A stretch of DNA of 63,331 bases, filler included, from Octopus bimaculoides (taxonomy: Eukaryota), in the NCBI RefSeq assembly GCF_001194135.2. It is 8 parts of 7 records of this genome, joined end to end, with 100 filler letters (N's around TTAATTAATTAA, not from the genome) between each part and the next. Parts side by side here need not be neighbours in the genome. Positions count along the whole stretch, not along the records: positions 51,003 to 55,464 come from NC_068981.1; positions 55,565 to 61,215 come from NW_026343215.1; positions 61,316 to 63,331 come from NW_026303683.1; 5 more parts are not named here. The stretch is one strand, 5' to 3'. This document shows, piece after piece, positions 52,117 through 62,830 of the stretch. The notes beneath the pieces were generated by a model. It made no database searches and had not been told where the DNA came from. It saw only the letters and a list, made by a program, of their open reading frames with translations. Position numbers and translations under genes: made by a program. Numbering within the stretch: position 1 is the stretch's first letter; every line of letters starts with the position of its first letter.

Positions 52117-52987
52117 CAGGGTGCAGTGGATAAACTGTCGTCTAAATTAAGCAAGAATGAAAATAACACTGACATCTCATTTTAACAAATATATTTACCA
52201 AAATTACATAAAAATATCTTGAAATCCTAAAGGGTAAATTTATTCAATAAAATTGCCATTGGCTTCAACCATGGCCTCCAGATGACTTTGGAATCTCCTG
52301 AAACTCTTCTGGACAATCTCCTTGTTTAAGTTGGTGAATGGTGCCATAATCCTTGCCTTCAGTTCATCTTTAGCATTACGATGAGTTTTGCTGGTGTCTC
52401 GCTCAAATGCATCCCACACATAATAATCAAGGGGATTGCAGTCTGGGGAGTTATGTGGCTAGAAGTTAGGGGTGATGTGGTTGCAGAAATTGTCTGACAG
52501 CTATGACTGGGTTCTCCTGCTTGTGTTGCATGGGGCAGAGTAGTGTTGCCAGACATAGAGTCTACCAGCAGCCACCCTCTTGACCCAGGGCAGCACTACC
52601 TCTTCCAGGCACTTGATGTAAGCTTCTGCATTGAGTGTGAGGCAGTGTGGGAAGATGAATGCAGGCATAACGTTACCATCACTAGTGATCACTCCAAACA
52701 CCATGATGTTGACTGGATGTTTGATTTTTATCACTCTTGGTACATGTCCTCAGATTGATACCCAAACACTTTGAAATGTTCATACTGGAGCTTCTGGTGT
52801 AAATGCCAAGCAGTACAGCATGTCATTTCCAAATTTCTGGCAGAGTTAATTACATCATAATGCTCCTTTTCTCACAGACAGCCCATCTGATGCTACTAAA
52901 TTGTGTAGTTGACAAAATCAAAAACAAACAATGCACATGCATGAAATTAAAAATATCAAATGGCGACAATTTACCCATTGCCCCCTG
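52117..52987 (-). mobile_element. Tc1/mariner-superfamily (maT/DD37D-like) element, internally deleted, both TIRs present
   Basis: TIRs cagggtgcagtggataaactgtcg (52117) and cgacaatttacccattgccccctg|TA (ends 52987). Minus frames KHPVNIMVFGVITSDGNVMPAFIFP...YVWQHYSAPCNTSRRTQS and SPDCNPLDYYVW. Confidence 0.85.
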
Positions 52988-53495
52988 TATATGCACATAT
53001 TATATATATCTTCTATCCAAATTTTAAAAGAACTCCAAAAATTTGTTTTGTTACAAGTTATTCATTTAAAATGAAAATAAAGTAATGCCATATTGGAAGA
53101 GTATCAATAAATGCTTTATTATTATCAGTCTTTGGTTTTGGACCACAAGTCCAATTAGCCCTCCACAGGAGCTAGCTTAAAAGTCCACATGGAGTGCAGG
53201 TTTTTAAGTTNNNNNNNNNNNNNNNNNNNNNNNNNNNNNNNNNNNNNNNNNNNNNNNNNNNNNNNNNNNNNNNNNNNNNNNNNNNNNNNNNNNNNNNNNN
53301 NNNNNNNNNNNNNNNNNNNNNNNNNNNNNNNNNNNNNNNNNNNNNNNNNNNNNNNNNNNNNNNNNNNNNNNNNNNNNNNNNNNNNNNNNNNNNNNNNNNN
53401 NNNNNNNNNNNNNNNNNNNNNNNNNNNNNNNNNNNNNNNNNNNNNNNNNNNNNNNNNNNNNNNNNNNNNNNNNNNNNNNNNNNNNNNNNNNNNNN

Positions 53496-53870
53496 TGCGG
53501 GTGGCACATAAAATACACCATTTTGAGCGTGGCCGTTGCCAGTACCGCCTGACTGGCCGTCGTAGGATTTTCGAGCGAGATCGTTGCCAGTGCCCCTGGA
53601 CTGGCTCTTGTGCGGGTGGCACATAAAATACACCATTTTGAGCGTGGCCGTTGCCAGTACCGCCTGAATGGCCTTCGTTTAGGTGACACGTAAAAGCACC
53701 CACTACACTCTCTGAGTGGTTGGTGTTAGGAAGGGCATCCAGCTGTAGAAACTCTGCCAAATCAGATTGGAGCCTGGTGTAGCCATCTGGTTTCACCAGT
53801 CCTCAGTCAAATCGTCCAACCCATGCTAGCATGGAAAGCGGATGTTAAATGATGATGATGATGATGATGA
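53496..53870 (+). mobile_element. RTE LINE 3' UTR with 115-bp tandem unit and (GAT)n tail
   Basis: tgcgggtggcacataaaatacaccattttgagcgtggcc at 53496 and 53611; ends catggaaagcggatgttaaatgatgatg. Confidence 0.85.
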
Positions 53871-54168
53871 TAAGTTATATTTAAAATTAAAAATGAAGGT
53901 TTAGAAAGGAGACATTAAAATGCAGTCTCCAAACCTTATTTTGGTTAAGTACCAGGTAGTCTGCCTGGAGATCATGTTCACCACTTATGGTTACCAGGTG
54001 TCATCCACATTATTGTGCTTTCATCGCAGGATCTATGTCAGGAATTCCTAGGTGCATGTTAGGTATATTTCAAATGATGGATACGAAAGACGGAGTGTAA
54101 CTAGAAGCTTCATTTAGCACAAATGTTTCAGCTTCCTTCTCTACTGTTCCCTAGTGGGTGTGGAATGA

Positions 54169-54207
<39 letters not shown>

Positions 54208-55417
54208 CCTTAATTATCTACTCTGTGCAAGTGATATGTAAGTATTTAGAACCAATGCAATAATTAAGGTAAGATCTATAGATTGTAGTCCAACAACCAA
54301 ATGGAAACTATCAATGATAATTGGGAGGTAACTTGATGTTATTTTATTTGTATGAATCTACTATAAATCAAATTTGTCTCCAGCAAACTCAAATACCATC
54401 CAGACAGCTAGGCACAATCTTATTGTTGTACCAGCTGATGAAAATGATCAGCTTCTTTATTACTTTATTATATTTTATTCTTGATAAGATGCTAAAGTCT
54501 AACGCCACTCTTTCTGATAAATGCTAAATGTATCATATTTAAGTAAGATGACTGATTTTGTTGTGAATTGTTTTTATAAATTATTCTGATGAAACAACAC
54601 CCTAGGCTGTTATAGAATTAACAATACATACATGCATGATTGCATCATTGCTAACGAATGAAAGATTACTGTGAAGTTGCTGAAGCAATTGTCAACTATG
54701 AAATAAGAATATCATAAATTCTATTCCTCAATTTTTATTATTCATACTATATGATGGCAGTGAAACATGGATTTTCTATGTTTCTATGGGGCTTGTTCTT
54801 CTTTTGCAATTTTCAGATATCCATCTTTTGTGTGAGTGCTTCCTGAAGAAAACCCTCACACACACACATATATGCATGCGCACGTGCACACACTCACACA
54901 CACACACGTATTTTTATATTATTGATGTTACATAGTTACATATTTATTGCATGTGCGTTATTAAACTCTTTTTGGTTGCAGTATTTCATCTAGGAAAACT
55001 CCCTTTAAAGACGTAGTTGAAAAGCACAGTATACTTTGCAATCTAGTAAAACAAATTGCTCCAGAGATGAACAGGAAGTACAGATATATTTCGCTGTTAT
55101 TTCAGCTCACTGGTGCTGTATACTCAATTTGCCTTTGTGACAAATTCAAATCACCAGGCTTGAAGTATACTACGTTTTTAAACACACTACATCTTTAAAG
55201 GATATTTCCCAAGATGGAATACTGCAGCCAAAAAGTGTTTAACAGCGCACATACATTGAGTATGTGACATTGATAATGTTTACATCATAGAGCTGCTTCT
55301 AATTCAAAATTTAAATTTTATTTTATTTGTGCAGTACATCAGCAGATAGATTTCGCACTATATATACTTTAGGCCAGTGATTTCAATTTGTCCCAAGAGC
55401 AAATCACATATATGTGC

Positions 55418-55464
<47 letters not shown>

Positions 55465-56030
55465 NNNNNNNNNNNNNNNNNNNNNNNNNNNNNNNNNNNN
55501 NNNNNNNNTTAATTAATTAANNNNNNNNNNNNNNNNNNNNNNNNNNNNNNNNNNNNNNNNNNNNCCGGAATCATGTGGTTGGGAAGTAAAATTCTTACCG
55601 CACCACGCTTTGTGTTATTAAAAATAACTATTGGGGTCGGTTTATTAGATTAAACCCTTGAAAGTGATGCTTCAGCATGGCCGCAGTCCAGTGACTGAAA
55701 CAAATTATGATAAAAGATAAATATATGACATAAAGCAGAAACTGGAGGAGGATAATCTGGTTTTAGCTGGTGTTTAGAACAATAATGACATCAAGACCAA
55801 TGAGTATTGAACAAAATGCATAGCAGACTCTTTTTGGTTATGTTCCGTCAAGGTCGACTTTATTGTTCACTTTTCCGGTGTCGATAAAATCAAGAGGCTA
55901 TGAACGACCGTCGCTTCACTTAAAAATTTGCATCCTTCTGCCAAAATTAGAAATTATTATTATTATTATTATTATTATTAGAGCAGAAATTTACTCTCAC
56001 GCCAAGCCCTCATCAACTTTATATACCACT

Positions 56031-56082
<52 letters not shown>

Positions 56083-56172
56083 NNNNNNNNNNNNNNNNNN
56101 NNNNNNNNNNNNNNNNNNNNNNNNNNNNNNNNNNNNNNNNNNNNNNNNNNNNNNNNNNNNNNNNNNNNNNNN

Positions 56173-56231
<59 letters not shown>

Positions 56232-56594
56232 TTGTGTTCTAATATATTTTATGAAAGATTATTGTTATTGTTGTTGTTTAACACCGGGTAAATACAAAGA
56301 CAAGAGAACGGGTCAAAGATATTCCAACCACGATATTCCGTAGCTCATCTTTTTATGTGTATCTAGGACTACATTATTTACTGCGTCCTTTTCTCATATA
56401 CGTCGATAGAATGATAAAAGAAAGAATTTGGTGGCTGACCCGAGCAATTCCGTTTGTGGATTTGTGCGTGTGTGTTGGAGAAGGGGTGGTGGGAGATGTT
56501 GTTCTTCATTGCCTTCAGTGGTTTTCCACATCTATTATTTTTTTGCAGTGGGGGAAGGGGGTCTTGTTATTTTATTGTTGTCTGTTACGCACAG

Positions 56595-56746
56595 GCGTCG
56601 CTGTGCGATAAGTCGCTTGATTCCCAACCACATGGGTTCAGTCCCACTGCGTGGTACTTTGGGCAAAATTCTTCTATATCTGTGGGCTGATTAAAGGCTT
56701 GCAAGTGGATATGGTAGACGGAAACTGAAAGAAGCCCATCGTATAC

Positions 56747-56760
<14 letters not shown>
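56595..56760 (+). mobile_element. SINE B head followed by (TA)n
   Basis: Same head motifs; a matching body resumes at about 57395-57545. Confidence 0.8.
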
Positions 56761-56782
<22 letters not shown>

Positions 56783-56977
56783 NNNNNNNNNNNNNNNNNN
56801 NNNNNNNNNNNNNNNNNNNNNNNNNNNNNNNNNNNNNNNNNNNNNNNNNNNNNNNNNNNGTGTATGTGTATAAATATACAAATATATAAAGAATATTATT
56901 ACTCATGAAAGATTACTGTTTAGAGGCTGCAAGCTTAAAACCGTATAGGCAAAATTAATAGACATATATATAAGAAT

Positions 56978-57387
56978 TATATATAATAAGAGCACTAAGA
57001 AGCACCAGCTTTACTAAAAATAGGAGTCAAAAATACTCGGAAGCCACAAGAATTAACACTAGATTTTTACAGGTATGGTTGGAAAAAAAGTAAGTGAATA
57101 AGGATTGCGTCTTACCTCTGAAAAATTGCAAAAAGGAATGCCAGTTAACCTGGTAACATGATTTCAAATTTAGCGCCAAAAGTACTTGATTCTCTTCACC
57201 CAAGTCTACTAATAACAATACCTCTATTTCACTTCAACCAATTTTGCAGAAGTAAGACGCAATCCTTATTCACTTAGTTTTTTCCAGCCATGCCCGCAAA
57301 AATCTAGTGTTAATTCTTGTGGCTTCCGAGTATTTTTGACTCCTATATTTAGTAAAGCTAGTGCTTCTTAGTGCCCTTGTTATATAT
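56978..57387. mobile_element. Foldback MITE-like element, arms about 150 bp, in (TA)n context
   Basis: 56978-57128 is the near-perfect reverse complement of 57239-57387 (e.g. aggagtcaaaaatactcggaagccacaagaattaacactagatttt). Confidence 0.9.
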
Positions 57388-57879
57388 ATGTGTGTGTGTG
57401 TGTGTGTGTCTGTTTGTCCACCATCACTGCTTGATAACTTTTGGTAGTGTGCTTACATCTCCGTAACTTAGCAGTTCGACAAAAAAATCCCGATAGTACC
57501 GGACTTTAAAAATTTAGTACTGGGGTGGATATAGTCGACTAAAAGTTGCACGGCAAAGCTCATGCAGGGCTCTCGCAAACAAGGAAGGCCTCAACTGAGG
57601 TACAAGAACACTCTGAAAAGCAACCACAAATGGAGCAGCATTAGTCCATGCGAGCTTGAAGACTTGTTAGCACGCTGGGGAAAGTGCTTAGCGACATTTC
57701 GTCCTTCTTCACTTTCTGAGTTCAAATGTTGCTGAGGTCGACTTTGCTTACCATTCTTTCGAAGTCGATGAAATAAGTACCAGTTGATCACTGGGGACGA
57801 TATAATCGGCTTACTCTAGTCATTCAATTACTGACCTTGAGACAAAATTTGAAATCATTTTATTATTTTTATCATTGCA

Positions 57880-58435
57880 GTGGCTGTTACTGGACTGTGT
57901 GAGACAGATCTGGCTATCAACTGAATCCACTTTTAACCGGAAAGAGCAAGCAGTTTTTATATGCCTGTTGGCCATGGCGAAATAGGTTGTATGGTGGACG
58001 CAACTGAAAAAGCTGAAGAAAAACATGTTCCTCTTAGGTCAATCCTCATCACTTGAAGAGGAAAACAAGGATGAAGAGGTAAGTGTTGTCTTCCAGCCGT
58101 TTTGTTGAAAGGTGGATGAGAGTGGCTAGCAGGGTGCGAGTGCATTGGCCTGCCCTGAGCATACGCCTTTAAATCGGAGACAGAGAGCTGAGAAAGGCGC
58201 CTGTCCTAGAAGTTAAGTGTACCCGTGGTTTTAAGGGTTTTTTCCATGAACAGCTCTCGAACGTCTACCACATACTGAGGATATTAATTGTTTAGATTTC
58301 ATCACTACTGTTTTTTTTTAACCGGTTTACACGCAAACCCTCACAAACACACGCACACACACACGCACCCAATGTTTTGTCTCGCGCCGTCCTCAATGTT
58401 TTTCTTTGTGGTTAATAAAGAAATCCTCCTCCTCT
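57880..58435 (+). mobile_element. Tx1/L1-clade LINE 3' end (pseudogenised)
   Basis: FNRKEQAVFICLLAMAK*VVWWTQLK and HLKRKTR...RFVERWMRVAS resemble the Tx1 ORF2 C-terminus; the 3' UTR ends with aataaag. Confidence 0.6.
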
Positions 58436-58517
58436 TCCTCAATATCACCATCATTTTGCTATTACTATTATTACTATTACTATTATTATTATTATTATCA
58501 TTATTATTATTATTAAG

Positions 58518-58925
58518 GCTGCGGGCTGGCAGAATCGTTTGTACGGCGGGCAAAATACTTACCGGTATTTCGTCTGCCATTACGTTCTGAGTTCAAATGC
58601 CGCCTAGGTCGACTTTGCCTTTCATCCTTTCAGGGTCGATTAAATAAGTACCAGTTGCGCACTGGGGTCGACGTAATCGACTTAATTCCTTTGTCTGTCC
58701 TTGCTTGTCCCCTCAATGTTTAGCCCCCTTCCCTGTGGGCAATAAAGAAATAAATACTTAGCGGCATTTCGTCCGTCTTTACGTTCTGAGTTCAAATTCC
58801 GTCGTGGCCAACTTTACCCTTTATCCTTTCAGCGTCGATAAAATAAGTGCAAGTTGAACACTGGAGTCATTGTTATCGACTTACTTCCCTCGAACACGCT
58901 GGCCTTGTGCCAAAATATGAAAGCA
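58518..58925 (+). mobile_element. Two tandem family C SINEs
   Basis: Full copy at 58518-58753 plus a 5'-truncated copy from about 58760. Confidence 0.85.
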
Positions 58926-59714
58926 TTATTATTATTATTATTATTGTTATTATCATTTGACTCTTTAGGTTTTGTGTCTAAATCAATTTTGCTTTTCTTC
59001 TTTCCGGCGGCAATAAAATACAACACCAACCAAACACAAGGGTAAATTTAATCGACTTACGCTTCCTTTCAAATTTCAGACCTTGTACCTATATTAGAAT
59101 AAAATTATTTTGCAGTAACTTTGGTGTTGTGGTTTAACATAGAAGCATACAGTTTACTGTTGACGCTTGGTGCAGACACGTGATATAGGCAATGCATTAG
59201 CAGAATTGTCAGAACGTCGGGAAAAAACTTCGAAGTGTTTCTTCCGACACTTCACTTTCTCAGTTCAAATCCTTCTGAGTTTAACTTTGTCTTTCATCCT
59301 TTCGAGATTGATAAAGTTCTCTGGTTCAGTTTTCGCGACAATATATTTCCTCAGGTACGTCAATGCACTGGGTCCTATAATATTTATTCATTGACGGCAA
59401 GTCGCAACACACGTAGATCAGAACTGGACTCCCCGATTTATAGGGTGCCCGGGGCAACTGCCCAGTGTGCCCATGTTTTAAGACGGAACTGCTGGGATCG
59501 ATGAGAGATCAGCATAAATTCAGGACTTGGGTTTATATTAGGAATAATTTGTATTTTTTTGATTCATGGTCAAATAATAATCATGTTATTAGCAAAGAAC
59601 AATAAACAATATGAACAAAGTAAAATAACACATACCAAATATACAAAAGAAACAATAATGGCTTCTACTTAGACGGATGAATTTCTAGAAATAGCGACAA
59701 AATATCTCTTAAAT

Positions 59715-60032
59715 CGTGAAGTATATTTGCCACTTAAATGCGGCTAACCCTTAAGGGTGAATGGTACTGTAGCTTGTAGCCCCAGGAGAACATCTCCTCC
59801 AGCTGGCTATTGACATACTTTCTGTGCCCTGTCGGTATTTGCAAAGGGAAGTCATCCTTCCCATCGTCGATCTGGCGTGATACGCACGGACCCGTACGAC
59901 AATCACCCTGTCGGTATTTGCACAGAAAGTGTATCAATAGCCAGCTGGAAGAGATGTTCTCCTGGGGCTACAAGCTACAGTAGCATTCACCCTTAAGGGT
60001 TAGCCACATTTAGGTGGAAAATATACTTCACG
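59715..60032. mobile_element. Foldback element, 113-bp near-perfect arms, loop with a 17-bp direct repeat
   Basis: 59715-59827 vs 59920-60032; ccctgtcggtatttgca at 59827-59843 and 59906-59922. Confidence 0.9.
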
Positions 60033-60128
60033 TTGTCGTGCAGCTACTGTTTATACCTCGTTCAGAGATTTATTATTACCTCTTAAATCACTGTCTTTAA
60101 AAAAAGTAGGAAATATTAGATATTGTAT

Positions 60129-60452
60129 TGTTATATTTCGGGATGATAATTTTTTTTTCATGCCAAATAAGCACACACACTATATATTCGTTCGTCACTT
60201 TTTTATTATTGTCCTTATTTTATTCTATGCTCATTGTCTGAAAATCTATCGTCACGCACCTGTGACCTCTCCAGCAACTCTTCCACCCCACGTGTCTCCT
60301 CCTGTTCTATTTACACAATGGATTATAAGATAAAGTAAGGACATTAATAAACGAGTGAAGAGCGAATATATTGTGCGTGTGTTTATTTGGAAAAATAAAA
60401 TGACCATACCGAAATATAACAACTTCTGTTTCAATACACGATTTCTCATCAG
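60129..60452 (-). mobile_element. Pseudo-LTR-like repeat with an inverted partial copy and a degenerate hammerhead core
   Basis: 60129-60237 and 60315-60421 are inverted. The minus strand just outside reads CTGATGA-gaaatcgtgtatt-GAAAC-agaa-gtt. Confidence 0.5.
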
Positions 60453-60478
60453 GAACCTTGCAAAACAAATTCATATAG

Positions 60479-60540
<62 letters not shown>

Positions 60541-60871
60541 ACACGCACACGCACACACACATACACACACATATGTATGTATATGTTTGTGTGTATGTGT
60601 GACATACGTATAAGCATATATATGCATGTACATATATGTATATATATCTATGTGCGCATGTATGCACATATACACATATGCGTGCATATATGTGTATATT
60701 TATATGTATATGTGTGTGTGTTTATGTTTATACATACATACAAACAGTTGGTAGAAACTTCGAAGTCACTATAAACAACATTCTTGTATAAGAATAATAA
60801 ATTTGTATTTGACAAAACTATAGAGTAACTCTTCAGATTAATGTAAAATTGTTTTTATTATGAGTGAACAT

Positions 60872-61200
60872 ACCGCTACGTTCTGAGTTCAAATTCCGCT
60901 GAGGTCGACTTTACCTTTCATCCCTTCAGGGTCGATAAATTAAGTACCAGTTGCGTACTGAGATCGATGTAATCGACTGGTCCCTCTCCTAAATTTCAGG
61001 CTTAGAGTAGAAAGGATTATAAGTGAACATAAAAACAAACAGGCGTGGCTGTGTGTTATAAATCTTGCTTCCCAACCATATGGTTTGGGGTTCAGTCCCA
61101 CTGAGTGGCACCTTGGGCAAGTGTCTTCTACTACAGCCTGGGACCAACAAAAGCTTTGTGAGTGTATCTGGTAGACGGAAAGTGGAAGAAGCCCGTCGTA
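60872..61200 (+). mobile_element. Family C SINE (5'-truncated) followed by a SINE B head
   Basis: Motif matches to the copies above. Confidence 0.8.
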
Positions 61201-61315
61201 TATATATATATATATNNNNNNNNNNNNNNNNNNNNNNNNNNNNNNNNNNNNNNNNNNNNTTAATTAATTAANNNNNNNNNNNNNNNNNNNNNNNNNNNNN
61301 NNNNNNNNNNNNNNN

Positions 61316-62096
61316 ACATGTGTTATGCTTATCTTTGTCATTCATATCGTTAGTGTGGTTTCCATTGGTGTTAGGTGCGTTAGTAGTGTGCGTGTTTCTA
61401 GCGTTTGGGTTCTTTATAGTTGGGTCTTTTTTATGGTTATTGGATTCGATGAATTTAATTTAATGGTTAAATCCTGCCTTTTGTAGCGCGATGTTGTAGG
61501 TTTCCTTATGCTTATTAAAAATAGCTTGGTTAGAGGAGAGGCGTGATATCCTATTGCTTATACTATGTGCTAAGCCCCTCTTGTGGAATAGTGGGTGGTT
61601 ACTGGATGCGTTTATGTATTTTAGGTTAGTATTAGGCTTTATGTATGGTTCATGTAGTCCTGTGGCTAGGCTGCAATTAGCGTCTAGGTAGTTTATGGAT
61701 GTGTGTTCGTTTTCTATAGAAATGGCTAGTCCAAATCTTTTGAAGAATTTATGCAAGTTTTTCTTGATGAGCTCTAGTTTCCTATTCGAGGGATTTTTAA
61801 TTACAAATAGTGCATCATCCCTGTATAATCCGCCTTCCAGGTATGGGAATTCCTCCTGTATGTAGGAGAGCAGATAAATTCCTACTAAGTCACTTATCTG
61901 AGCTGAATCCGGGGCTCCCATGGTGATATCGAAGGAGTTAGGGGAGTCTTTCCGGACCCAGAGCTTGTTATCGAACCTTATAATAGATTTTCTAGCTTCG
62001 AGTATTACATTAATTTCTTTCTTAGTTAGTTGTGAATTATTTTTGGCATATATTAGGGCACTATTTAATATCGTGGCGTTAATTGAGGAGTAGTAG
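61316..62096 (-). mobile_element. Penelope-like element RT fragment (Naiad/Neptune-like motifs)
   Basis: About 211 open codons: FDITMGAPDSAQISDLVGIYLL, GLYRDDAL, INYLD, YINASSNHP. The 5' part is in the gap and there is a stop at 61460-61462. Confidence 0.85.
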
Positions 62097-62796
62097 NNNN
62101 NNNNNNNNNNNNNNNNNNNNNNNNNNNNNNNNNNNNNNNNNNNNNNNNNNNNNNNNNNNNNNNNNNNNNNNNNNNNNNNNNNNNNNNNNNNNNNNNNNNN
62201 NNNNNNNNNNNNNNNNNNNNNNNNNNNNNNNNNNNNNNNNNNNNNNNNNNNNNNNNNNNNNNNNNNNNNNNNNNNNNNNNNNNNNNNNNNNNNNNNNNNN
62301 NNNNNNNNNNNNNNNNNNNNNNNNNNNNNNNNNNNNNNNNNNNNNNNNNNNNNNNNNNNNNNNNNNNNNNNNNNNNNNNNNNNNNNNNNNNNNNNNNNNN
62401 NNNNNNNNNNNNNNNNNNNNNNNNNNNNNNNNNNNNNNNNNNNNNNNNNNNNNNNNNNNNNNNNNNNNNNNNNNNNNNNNNNNNNNNNNNNNNNNNNNNN
62501 NNNNNNNNNNNNNNNNNNNNNNNNNNNNNNNNNNNNNNNNNNNNNNNNNNNNNNNNNNNNNNNNNNNNNNNNNNNNNNNNNNNNNNNNNNNNNNNNNNNN
62601 NNNNNNNNNNNNNNNNNNNNNNNNNNNNNNNNNNNNNNNNNNNNNNNNNNNNNNNNNNNNNNNNNNNNNNNNNNNNNNNNNNNNNNNNNNNNNNNNNNNN
62701 NNNNNNNNNNNNNNNNNNNNNNNNNNNNNNNNNNNNNNNNNNNNNNNNNNNNNNNNNNNNNNNNNNNNNNNNNNNNNNNNNNNNNNNNNNNNNNNN

Positions 62797-62830
<34 letters not shown>

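Noticed and set aside
54817-54831. Possible 15-nt microexon tttcag|ATATCCATCTTTTGT|gtgagt
   Set aside because: Good signals but no supporting peptide similarity. It cannot be distinguished from chance without RNA data.
57881-58079. Apparent exon with a strong acceptor and a gtaagt donor
   Set aside because: It has an in-frame stop and translates as a Tx1/L1 ORF2 C-terminus, so the splice-like signals are incidental.
22268-61271. Identical palindrome TTAATTAATTAA seven times (22268, 35672, 40794, 45766, 50947, 55509, 61260)
   Set aside because: Always isolated between N runs and gives stops in all six frames. It is an assembly gap spacer, not biology.
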